Shown piece by piece: positions 1-8,451 of a stretch of DNA of 64,000 nucleotides (its first letter is position 1; every line of letters begins with the position of its first letter). The notes beneath the pieces were generated by a model. The model did not search any database. It saw only the letters and a list, made by a program, of their open reading frames with translations, and was not told where the DNA came from. Origin of the DNA: an uncultured Holophagales bacterium (GTDB lineage: Bacteria; Acidobacteriota; Thermoanaerobaculia; Multivoradales; UBA5704); NCBI GenBank assembly GCA_963842525.1, contig CAWJGT010000003.1, forward strand, positions 352,001 to 416,000, given 5' to 3'. A program made the position numbers and the translations under genes.

Positions 1-528
1 CGCTCGCCCCAGGGCGGCGTCTCCAGGCTCGAGCTGCTCTACAAGCTGGCCATTGCCACGGCCCAGAAAGAGCTGCTCATCCAGAATCCCTACTTCATCC
101 CGGACGGCGAGGTCGTCGGCCTCCTCGAGGGTGCGGTCCGCCGCGGCGTGGACGTCCGGGTCATGCTGCCCGGCGTGGTCACCGACAGCTCTGTCGTCCT
201 CCACGCCGGGCATTACCATTACGAGGAGCTGCTGGGCAATGGGATCAAGATCTACGAGCATCAGAAGACCCTGACCCATCAGAAAGTGATGGTGATCGAC
301 GGGATCTGGTCCCACGTCGGCTCCTCCAACTTCGACGACAGGTCGCTCGACATCAACGACGAAGCGAGCCTCGGGATGATCGACCCATCGGTGGCGGCGC
401 AGCTCCAGCAGGCCTTCAAGCGGGACCTCGCCCACTGCCGTCCGGTGACGCTCCAGGAGTGGCAGGAGCGGTCGCTCTGGCACCGGCTCGTCGACCGTGT
501 CTCCTACACGGTCAACGAGCAGCTTTGA
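1..528 (+). CDS. cls: Cardiolipin synthase / phospholipase D family, C-terminal part (5' end outside window)
   Basis: Frame 1 is open from base 1 (RSPQGG...LLIQNPYFIP). Second HKD motif HQKVMVIDG...GSSNFDDRS. Closely similar to 2267..3538. Confidence 0.9.
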   Translation, partial: RSPQGGVSRLELLYKLAIATAQKELLIQNPYFIPDGEVVGLLEGAVRRGVDVRVMLPGVVTDSSVVLHAGHYHYEELLGNGIKIYEHQKTLTHQKVMVIDGIWSHVGSSNFDDRSLDINDEASLGMIDPSVAAQLQQAFKRDLAHCRPVTLQEWQERSLWHRLVDRVSYTVNEQL

Positions 529-757
529 AGCTTAATTTAACCAAGACGAAGTAAGAAGGCCACATTGACGATCTGAAGCTGATCCCCGGCGAAGCGGCCG
601 CTGGTCACCGTGCCGGTCAGCCCTGCGGCCCCGGCGGCGCTGGTGAAGCCGAGCAACAGGTTCGTGAGCTCGACATGGCTCTCGCTGTCGTCCGCCCACA
701 CGATATCGAGCGTGTAACGTCCCCGGCCAGCGCTGGCGGATCACCAAGGAGACGCCC

Positions 758-940
758 GTGGGGCCGGTGCCGTCCGCCCTGCGCCTCGCCCCCTTCTACA
801 AGAAGTACCTGGACGGCGACGGCATCCCCATCGTGAGCTCCGACAAGGTGTCCGACCGGGCGTTGCTCCAGGCGAGGTTCCTCGCCCGGCAGATGCTGGT
901 CCGCCTGCCCGCCGTGCGCGAAGAGCTGAAAAACAGAGAG
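758..940 (+). pseudogene. Gene fragment (FYKKYLDGDGIPIVSSDKVSDRAL...), probably the N-terminal piece of a larger protein
   Basis: Protein-like segment with strong GC3 codon bias that decays after about 60 codons into the convergent gene. Confidence 0.35.
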
Positions 941-999
941 CTGACGAAGGGTCGTAGCATCTCCACCCTAGAGATGATGCGCACGGCGTTGCGGGTTTG

Positions 1000-1578
1000 C
1001 TATGGTGGGAACGGCTGCTCGATCCCCTCGACCTTCTCATAGAGGACGAACAGGTCGGCCCTCGGTCCAACCGCGCCGACCAGCTCCCGGCCCAGCCGCT
1101 CGCGGGTCACGACACGGTAGCCGCCTTCGACCATGCGCGACGGTGGGAGCTCGTCGACCAGGCAGGCGAGCAAGCGGGTTGGGCCGGGCCAGGGGCGCAC
1201 GAGAGTAGAGTCGAAGTAGGCCTCTGCGGAGATGAGGCCCGCCGCAGTGAGCCGGTCGAGCGGCTCCGCCCCGGCGAGATAGGCCTGGACCTCATGGCTG
1301 GCCAGGAATCCGGCCCCGTGCGCGAGACGCATCGCCGTATCGACTGCGAAGACAGCGTCGGCCCTTAGAGCCTCGATCACGGCCTCGCGGGAGGCAAGGA
1401 GCACTCGCGCGACGAGTCGGCCCTGCTCTTGGAAGCTCAGAGGGACGACTCGCACCATGCGGTGCCAGACGGGGCCGGCCACCTCGCGGATCATCCGTTC
1501 CCGCCGCAGCGTCTTCTGGTCCCGCCGCAACTCCTTCAGGCGCTCGTCTGCGGTGAGGAACCTCCGGGTGTCAGGCAT
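1000..1578 (-). CDS. Hypothetical protein (192 aa)
   Basis: ORF with plausible composition; its start overlaps the stop of the upstream ORF. Confidence 0.55.
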   Translation of the reverse strand: MPDTRRFLTADERLKELRRDQKTLRRERMIREVAGPVWHRMVRVVPLSFQEQGRLVARVLLASREAVIEALRADAVFAVDTAMRLAHGAGFLASHEVQAYLAGAEPLDRLTAAGLISAEAYFDSTLVRPWPGPTRLLACLVDELPPSRMVEGGYRVVTRERLGRELVGAVGPRADLFVLYEKVEGIEQPFPP

Positions 1579-2001
1579 CGAGCCGCTCCAGAAGGGTGCT
1601 CAGCCGCTCGAGCCCGGCCTCGACCTGATGCCTCAGGGACGCATATCCCTGAGCACCGGCATCGGAAAAGGCCGGATCTCTCTGGAGAGAGAAGACGGCG
1701 GCCTGAGCGGCGGCGCGAACTTCGGCGAGCCGTTCGGGATCCACGGCGGCGAGGAGATCGCAAACCTCCGCCTCGAAGGCCGCGTCCTCGACTCGCTCGG
1801 CGAGGACGAGAAGGGCTTGGAGCTTGTCCTTGGCACCCTTGTGAGCCCGCTCCGTGAGGAGCTTGACGATCACGAAGCTGGCCGGCCTCAAGGCGCGGCC
1901 TCCGGAAGGAAGCTCCATCGTCGCCCGGGGAGTCGCCAGGAGCCGGGAGAGGTCTTCCGGAGAGCTTCGAGGATACGAAGGGCTGTCTTCCGGTCAATCA
2001 C
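1571..2001 (-). pseudogene. Internally deleted nucleotidyltransferase-fold protein (GSU2403/AbiEii-like C-terminus)
   Basis: RPASFVIVKL...KGAKDKLQA resembles the C-terminal motif of these NTases. A GTG start with RBS (VIDRKTALRILEALR, 2001) lies out of frame just upstream. Confidence 0.4.
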
Positions 2002-2266
2002 TCCCCGATTGTAGCGGGCGGGGCGGCCTGGTCAAATGCCAAGGAGAAATTCAGCCGAGCCCTTGCATCCGAGATCCATTGGCTTCGCCCATAAGCCTCG
2101 CTTCCCCCGCTCAATACAACATCGAGAAAGAAGGGGGTAAGCTCGAGGTCAGCATGGGCGGCGCAGTGGCGCGATCCAGATCCTGGAGGAAAAGCTGGGC
2201 AAAGCCATAGAGGAGTGACGAAGGGCGGCACGAGGTCTGCAAGCAGGTTGGCGGGGGGAGGGGTGT

Positions 2267-3538
2267 ATGGTCGAGATTCCCGTCTGGCTGCTCGTCGTCA
2301 TGGCCTCTTTGATCCTCTTGCTGGGGTTGATGCTCTTCAACAACCTGCGGGAGCGGAATTTCCACGTCAAGGTACCCGACATCGACTCCTTCGAGGAGGC
2401 TCTCCCTTCGATCGCCGGCATGACGCGGGCGGTCCTCCTGGACGGCAACAGCGCGGAGGTCCTGCAGAACGGCGACGAGTTTTTCCCCGCCCTGCTCGAA
2501 TCGATCCGCACGGCCGAGAAAACGGTCCACCTCGAGACCTACGTCTGGTGGAAGGGCAAGATCTGCGAAGAGGTCGCGGAGGCCTTTGCCGAGCGCGCCC
2601 GCGCCGGCGTCGAGGTACGGGTCATGATCGACGCGATCGGTGGCTGGCAGATGAAGCGCCGCCTGCGGAAGCTGATGGAAGAGTCGGGCGTCAAGCTGCG
2701 CCGCTACCACCCGATCCGCTGGAATGACATCGGGCAGCTCAACAAGAGGAGCCACCGCAAGCTGTCGATCTTCGACGGCCGCCACGGCTACGTCTGCGGC
2801 CACGGGATCTCCAAGAAGTGGGTCGGCCACGGCCAGGACAAGGACCACTGGCGCGACACCGCGGTGCGCCTGCGGGGGCCGATCGTCAACGCCCTGCAGT
2901 CGGCCTTCTCCCAGCACTGGGTGGAGGAGACGGGAGAAGTCTTCGTGGAGGAGAAATACTTCCCGGACCTCGAGCCCGCCGGCAACCTCCGGATGCACAT
3001 GATGTCCGGGGCCCCCCTGGGTGGCGTCTCGGACCTGGAAATGCTGTTCAAGATGTCCCTCGCCGCGGCCCAGAAGGAGCTGATCATCCAGGACCCGTAC
3101 TTCATCGCGGATCCGGAGACGGTGGATCTCCTCAAGCGGGCGGTCCGGCGCGGCGTCGACGTCAAGATCATGGTGCCCGGCTCGGTCACCGACAGCCCCT
3201 TCGTCAGCCACGCCGGCCACCGTCATTTCTCGGAGATGCTGAACAGCGGGGTGCGGCTCTTCTGCTTCGAGAGAACCCTGATCCACCAGAAGATCATGAT
3301 CATCGACGGCGTCTGGTCGCACGTCGGCTCGACCAACCTCGACGACCGTTCCTTCGACATCAACGAGGAGGCCGGCGTGGGCATCATCGACGAAGGGATC
3401 GCCAGCCAGCTCAAGGCCGCCTTCGAAGAAGACCGCAAGGCCAGCATCGAGCTGAAGGCGGAAGAGTGGGACCGCGCCTACAACCTCCGCCACCGCGCCT
3501 TCGACCGGCTCTGCTACCTGCTCAGCGGCCAGCTCTGA
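2267..3538 (+). CDS. cls: Cardiolipin synthase
   Basis: N-terminal TM helix and two HKD motifs (HRKLSIFDG, HQKIMIIDG). Confidence 0.93.
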   Translation: MVEIPVWLLVVMASLILLLGLMLFNNLRERNFHVKVPDIDSFEEALPSIAGMTRAVLLDGNSAEVLQNGDEFFPALLESIRTAEKTVHLETYVWWKGKICEEVAEAFAERARAGVEVRVMIDAIGGWQMKRRLRKLMEESGVKLRRYHPIRWNDIGQLNKRSHRKLSIFDGRHGYVCGHGISKKWVGHGQDKDHWRDTAVRLRGPIVNALQSAFSQHWVEETGEVFVEEKYFPDLEPAGNLRMHMMSGAPLGGVSDLEMLFKMSLAAAQKELIIQDPYFIADPETVDLLKRAVRRGVDVKIMVPGSVTDSPFVSHAGHRHFSEMLNSGVRLFCFERTLIHQKIMIIDGVWSHVGSTNLDDRSFDINEEAGVGIIDEGIASQLKAAFEEDRKASIELKAEEWDRAYNLRHRAFDRLCYLLSGQL

Positions 3539-3589
3539 GCGGCGATCCACTCTGCGACCAGACTGGCTGCGGCTCATCTCTCCTCCCTG

Positions 3590-4205
3590 AGAGTTGTCGC
3601 GACGTCGCTGTGCTCGCACTTGGGGTAACCCGCGGTGTCGCAACGAACGGCGACCACGTCTCTGCGAAGCTCGCTCTGTCGCAGGTCATCCTACGCTGCG
3701 ACAGTGTCCCTTTGCACGGAAAGCCCGCCGATAGCCGCCAGCGAGCCGTGCCCCGGCTTTGTCGCGCCGTCAGCCCGCGAACGCCCAGCGGCGAGAAGGC
3801 CGCGACAGTGTCTCCTAGCGCTGCGACAAGACTACCACACAATATGACAGAGCCGGGAAGCTTTAAAACAGAGTCCGCCGAGCTGCGACAAGGCAAGGAC
3901 GCTACGCGACAGATCTCGATGACTCTGAGACATTGTCCGGGCATGCCGCGACGAATCGTTGAGCCGCTGCGACAGAACGCCGAAACACTGAAACGGAATC
4001 TCGGGACTCTGTGGTGAACAATCGACATATTGCGACAATGCAAGCAGCCTCCAAGCTTTTGCCAGGAGACATGCGACGATGTAAGCTCACTCTGTCGCAG
4101 AGGAAGGAGACCGTGCGACAATGCGAGCTTGCACTGCGACAGCGTGAGGTGACGCTGCGACATTGCCCGAAGATCTGCGACGCATCGCCGAGATGACGCG
4201 ACAAA
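3590..4205. repeat. Degenerate 21-bp-period array with GCGACA/TGTCGC core
   Basis: GAC(A/G) cores at 3804, 3825, 3846, 3887, 3908, 3929, 3950, 3971, 4034, 4075, 4117, 4138, 4159, 4179, 4200; inverted TGTCGC copies at 3595, 3636, 3677, 3760. Confidence 0.75.
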
Positions 4206-4528
4206 GAGAGCAGCGCTGCGAGCGCGGGCGTCCCGCCCGCCTTCACCAGGGCGTGGGGCCGAGATCAAGCCCTGCACGACCCAAGGCGAAGAAGTACCTC
4301 GACCTCGCGAGTGCTGCTCGCCTTCCGGAGCGCAGACTCGAGACTGGGTACGCCGGGAGTGCATATCGCGACGTAGAAGACGCCGGAGATCCTCCGCCCA
4401 GGTGCTCCGATCTCACGGAAGGAAATAGGGATAGGCCCCCTCTTGCGTGAAGGCGTTCGGAACCTTATCTGGTCGCCAGAGACGTCTAAGCGCGATCCGG
4501 GATGCCTTATCGTCCTTCGCAGGTCGCG

Positions 4529-4558
4529 TTGACTCCTGCCGGAGGGAGGGGGTATGCT
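4529..4558 (+). promoter_or_regulatory. Sigma70-type promoter upstream of the cassette array (Pc-like)
   Basis: TTGACT-18 bp-TATGCT, about 105 bp before the first GTTRRRY core at 4663. Confidence 0.55.
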
Positions 4559-4795
4559 CTCTAAGTTGAGGAAGAAGAACACGTTGAAGGGAAGACGCGA
4601 GGAACGGCGCCCCGTCTTATACGGCGCGTAGAAGCCCATAAAGAGAATCGCTGAGTAAGGCGGTTGAACTAAACCGCTACGCGGCGGTGCCCTCCGAGCC
4701 GAATTTCGCTTTTTTTAGCCGATTTCTTCTCCAAGACGACAAACGTTTCTGATCGGTCTACCTTTCGGGCTGTACTTTCCCGAAAGGAGGACCCC

Positions 4796-5650
4796 ATGAC
4801 AGAGATGCGTCGACGGATGGAAGAGGAGTTGAAGCTGCGGGGCTACAGCCCGCGCACACATGAGGCGTACATCCACTGGGTACGCCAGTTTGCCGCGCAC
4901 TATCGTCGGCCGCCCGAGCAGATGGGAGCTGAAGAGGTTCGCGCCTACCTGGTCGATCTTCTCGAAAATCGTAAGCTGGCGCGGTCGTCGTTGGTTCAGG
5001 CCTTGTGCGCTTTGAAGTTTTTCTACAGCCAGGTGCTGCATCGGCCCTGCGAGGTGGAGAATCTACGCTTTCCCCGGCAAAAGAGGAAGTTGCCAACGGT
5101 TTTGAGCGAGCCGGAGGTGAGGCGGTTGTTGGAGGCGGCCGAGGACCTGCGGGAGCAGGCGATCCTGATGACGCTGTATTCGGCGGGCCTGCGCCTGGGC
5201 GAATTGCTGCACCTGCAGGTTAAAGACATCGACAGCACGAAGATGCAGATTCGAGTTCGTCAGGGCAAGGGTTCCAAGGATCGCAACGTCGTGCTGTCGC
5301 GGACTCTGCTGGAAGTACTGCGACGCTACTTCCTGCAGTACAGGCCCGAGGTTTGGCTGTTTTATGGCGAGACGCCGCAGCGGCCACTCAATGAACGGAC
5401 TGTCCAGCGGATGGTGCGTCGGCTCAGTGAAAAAGCTGGCCTGCGCCAGGGAGTCAGCACCCACACGCTGAGGCATAGCTTCGCCACCCATCTTTTGGAG
5501 CGTGGCACGGAGGTACCGTATATCCAGGAGCTTCTCGGGCATCGCAGCGTGCGCACCACGATGCTGTATACGCGGGTCAGTCCGCGAGCGCTGAGCAAGG
5601 TGATCAGTCCCTTGGACCGGCTGGACTGGAGACCTCGCGAGTTGACATAG
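4796..5650 (+). CDS. Tyrosine recombinase (IntI-related N-terminal SAM domain; lacks the IntI-specific insertion)
   Basis: Catalytic R (GLRLGE), K (GKGSKDR), HTLRH, LGH and Y (TMLYT); 284 aa. Confidence 0.93.
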   Translation: MTEMRRRMEEELKLRGYSPRTHEAYIHWVRQFAAHYRRPPEQMGAEEVRAYLVDLLENRKLARSSLVQALCALKFFYSQVLHRPCEVENLRFPRQKRKLPTVLSEPEVRRLLEAAEDLREQAILMTLYSAGLRLGELLHLQVKDIDSTKMQIRVRQGKGSKDRNVVLSRTLLEVLRRYFLQYRPEVWLFYGETPQRPLNERTVQRMVRRLSEKAGLRQGVSTHTLRHSFATHLLERGTEVPYIQELLGHRSVRTTMLYTRVSPRALSKVISPLDRLDWRPRELT

Positions 5651-5659
5651 GACGGTGCC

Positions 5660-6856
5660 GTGTCGGGCACCTCCCGCTTGGAGGTGGCCCACATCTTCCG
5701 TCTCTATGGTGAGGAGTATCGGCAAGGACACCGACTCTCCCGGCCGCAGTTGCGGGCCATGCGGGCCATCGAGATCTGCCGCACCGCCTCTCTGGGCGGG
5801 CATGTGGACGAGTGTGACCAGTGCGGTGTACGCACAATCAGCTACAACTCCTGTCGCAACCGACACTGCCCGAAATGCCAGGGCCTGGACAGGGATCTCT
5901 GGTTGGAGCAGCGCTGTGGCGAGTTGCTGCCGGTGCCGTACTTCCATGTCGTATTCACAGTTCCAGAAGAGCTCAACCCCCTGGCGCTTGCCAACCCCAA
6001 GTGGTTTTACGACCTGCTCTTCGACTGTGCCGCCAAGGCGCTGCTGGAGATCGCTGCCGATGCCAAGCACCTCGGAGCGCGCATCGGGGTGCTGGCAGTG
6101 CTGCACACCTGGAGCCAGACGCTGCTGCTGCATCCGCATCTGCATTGCATCGTACCGGGAGGAGGCCTGTCGCCGGACGGGCAGAGGTGGATCGCCAGCC
6201 GGCCCAACTACTTCCTGCCGGTCCAGGTGTTGTCGCGGCTGTTCCGCGGCAAGTTTCTGGCCCAGGTCAAGGCGGCTTGGAAGTCCGGCCAGTTGCGCCT
6301 ACCAGAGACTCTGCGCGATCCGTTCACCTTCCAGAACCTGCTCGACCGGCTCTACCGCAAGACCTGGGTGGTTTACAGCAAACCCCCCTTCGGAGGCCCG
6401 GAGCAGGTGCTGGCCTATCTGGCCCGCTACACTCACCGGGTGGCGATCTCCAATCATCGCCTCCTCCGTCTGAAAGATGACCAAGTCACCTTCACCTACA
6501 AGGACTATACCCAGGGCGGCCGGGTGCGAGAAATGACGCTGCCGGTGGATGAGTTCATCCGCCGCTTCCTGCTGCACGTGCTTCCTGAGCGCTTCGTGCG
6601 CATCCGCTACTACGGCCTGTTGTCCAACCGCCAACGTGCGGGCAACCTGGCCCGGTGCCGCGAGTTGCTCGGTGCCCCTCCGTCGGAGCTGTCAGTTGCC
6701 GAGCCACCGGCCGGCGAGGGCTGGCAAGCCAGGCTGGTCCGGCTGACAGGCAAGGATCCGACCCTTTGTCCACAGTGCGGGCGGGGCCACCTGCGGCGGG
6801 TCGAGGAATTGCCTCCCGCTTGCTCGGCGGCCCGGCCTGGGAGGTCGCCGCCGTGA
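5660..6856 (+). CDS. IS91-family rolling-circle (HUH, Y2) transposase with Zn-binding N-terminus
   Basis: CRNRHCPKC zinc motif, HPHLH HUH motif, YLARY Y2 motif. Confidence 0.93.
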   Translation: MSGTSRLEVAHIFRLYGEEYRQGHRLSRPQLRAMRAIEICRTASLGGHVDECDQCGVRTISYNSCRNRHCPKCQGLDRDLWLEQRCGELLPVPYFHVVFTVPEELNPLALANPKWFYDLLFDCAAKALLEIAADAKHLGARIGVLAVLHTWSQTLLLHPHLHCIVPGGGLSPDGQRWIASRPNYFLPVQVLSRLFRGKFLAQVKAAWKSGQLRLPETLRDPFTFQNLLDRLYRKTWVVYSKPPFGGPEQVLAYLARYTHRVAISNHRLLRLKDDQVTFTYKDYTQGGRVREMTLPVDEFIRRFLLHVLPERFVRIRYYGLLSNRQRAGNLARCRELLGAPPSELSVAEPPAGEGWQARLVRLTGKDPTLCPQCGRGHLRRVEELPPACSAARPGRSPP

Positions 6857-7119
6857 GACCTGCGCAGGTCCCTGTGGCGTTGCGACTCTCCCAGAGAGTA
6901 TTGGAGGAGGTGTATCCTCCCGCGATTCTGCGGTACAATGGTGCAAACGAAATCGCTGTGGGAGGAGCCCTTGGCCGGCCACCAACTCCAGGACGAGGCA
7001 TTCCGGTACCGCCAGCATCGCATCGCGGGGCTTTCCCGGAGGTGTGGGCGGTCGAGGCGCGGCTTTCGCCTGCGAATTGATTTGCCATAGCCCGGCAGGT
7101 CGGACTCCCCCGCGGTTTC

Positions 7120-7216
7120 GCTCAACCGGCGTCTATCCGCGGTCCTCCCCTGAGCAGGCGGTGGACTCCGGAGCTGTGTTGTGGGAGGACCCCGGATAGA
7201 CGCTTACACGTTGTGC
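7120..7216 (+). other. Atypical attC-like recombination site (no extrahelical bases)
   Basis: R'' GCTCAAC; 21-bp arms GCGTCTATCCGCGGTCCTCCC / GGGAGGACCCCGGATAGACGC with one mismatch; R' GTTGTGC. Confidence 0.65.
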
Positions 7217-7254
7217 GACAGAAAGATAGAGCTGGTAACCTCCAAGAGTGACGC

Positions 7255-7821
7255 ATGACAGGCAATCGAGCACTTCGGAACCTTACGGATGACCTCACTG
7301 CCAAGCTCGAGGACGTGGAATTCCTCGCCTGCTACTCAGCAGCTATAGCACGCGTCGTTCGGCAGCGCGAGAGATGGGCCAAGTGGCTGGTCGCTGTCGC
7401 CGCATGCGTACCATTCCTTGCTCGTCTCCGGGCAATCTCAGGACCTACCGTCGACTGGCTGGTGGCGATCGTACCTCTGTTGGCGATTGGACTTCCCATT
7501 TGGAATCCAGAGAAAACTATTGAAGCTGCTTCCACACTTCACGGCCGTTATCTTCAGGCGCTCCCGCCACTTCGAGCGCTTTGGCGCAGACTACGAGACT
7601 TCGAGGGCCCGAGCGAGGCGACCGGCACCCTTGTTAGCGAGGTCGCGGGTGAACTGAAGACTTTGGAACAGGAACTTGCGTCGATGAAATCGGAGGCATC
7701 AACCCTGCCGGACATCCGCAAGCTCAAACTGCGGTGCAAGTCTTCAGTTCCCAAGTACAGCCTTCTCCAAACAGAACCACCCCGGGGGCCTGAGGATGTT
7801 GGATACAAGATGGGCAACTGA
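7255..7821 (+). CDS. Cassette gene: two-TM membrane protein (SLATT-like architecture)
   Basis: Two hydrophobic helices followed by a coiled coil. The cassette starts G/TTGTGC (7210) and ends with the complementary GCACAAC (7834). Confidence 0.6.
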   Translation: MTGNRALRNLTDDLTAKLEDVEFLACYSAAIARVVRQRERWAKWLVAVAACVPFLARLRAISGPTVDWLVAIVPLLAIGLPIWNPEKTIEAASTLHGRYLQALPPLRALWRRLRDFEGPSEATGTLVSEVAGELKTLEQELASMKSEASTLPDIRKLKLRCKSSVPKYSLLQTEPPRGPEDVGYKMGN

Positions 7822-7833
7822 GGCGGTATGGTC

Positions 7834-7895
7834 GCACAACCCAGCTCCTCCAGCGGACGGCTAACGCCGCACGCTGAGGCGCGGCAGCGTTGGGC
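7834..7895 (+). other. attC site
   Basis: GCACAAC...CCT(C)CAGCG...CGCTGAGG...GTTGGGC with an extrahelical C in L''. Confidence 0.85.
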
Positions 7896-8020
7896 GCAAG
7901 GATAGCGCTGAATTTCGGCCTTACGGAAGAAGTCCTGTTGTTGGCCTCAAAGCGAAGGTACCTCGTCGCATCACCGTCCACCCGAATCGGCGGGATGGGC
8001 ACCTACCGAGGAGGAATGCC

Positions 8021-8395
8021 ATGTCACACCGGATTAGCCGTTCCTCAGTTCTGATCTGTCTCACTCTGCTGGTTCTCTCGCCACTCAAGGGTAACGCTGT
8101 CTCAGCTACCGCGGACGACCCGCCGGAATCAGTTACGGCCGTGGTGACTCCGACGGTGTCGCCGGACTCTGAGAACCTGGTCGAGGGCTTGCCCGGCCTG
8201 TTCGAGAGAGGGGTGTGCCCCAAGGACGGCCTGGGAGTCCCAGCGCCGATCCAGACGGTGGACCAATGCGCCACCTGTACTCCCTCTATTCCCTGCCCTC
8301 CTGGGATGTGTAGGTACTGCGCTGGTGGACCTTACTGCAATTCATCAACCCAGTGCACGTGCCAGTGCATTCCACCATGCTTCGAACCTTTGTGA
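8021..8395 (+). CDS. Cassette gene: secreted protein with Cys-rich C-terminal domain
   Basis: Signal-peptide-like N-terminus, RBS GAGGAGG, 10 Cys in the last ~43 aa. Cassette bounded by GTTGGGC (7889) and GCCCAAC (8398). Confidence 0.7.
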   Translation: MSHRISRSSVLICLTLLVLSPLKGNAVSATADDPPESVTAVVTPTVSPDSENLVEGLPGLFERGVCPKDGLGVPAPIQTVDQCATCTPSIPCPPGMCRYCAGGPYCNSSTQCTCQCIPPCFEPL

Positions 8396-8397
8396 GC

Positions 8398-8451
8398 GCC
8401 CAACCCCGCCGATCGAGCGGACGGCAAGCCGCCGCTCATCGGCATAAGCGT
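8398..8451 (+). other. attC site interrupted in its R' core (GT^T) by a group II intron; continues at 10488
   Basis: GCCCAAC...GCCGAT(C)GAGCGG(A)CGGC / GCCGCCGCTCATCGGC with both extrahelical bases, then GT|intron|TGAGA. Confidence 0.8.

Larger units (their letters stand above)
4663..7216 (+). mobile_element. Tyrosine recombinase + IS91-family transposase module with gene-cassette-like ends
   Basis: Starts GTTGAACTAAACCGC (4663). Ends with GCGGTTTCGCTCAAC (7112-7126; reverse complement matches 13/15), then a long hairpin and GTTGTGC. Confidence 0.75.

Noticed and set aside
3590-4205. Possible CRISPR array
   Set aside because: Only a ~6-bp core is conserved at 21-bp period; there are no 23-47 bp repeats with unique spacers and no cas genes.
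4796-5650. Canonical integron integrase intI
   Set aside because: It lacks the IntI-specific insertion after the KDR patch, is co-oriented with the cassettes, and is coupled to an IS91 transposase.
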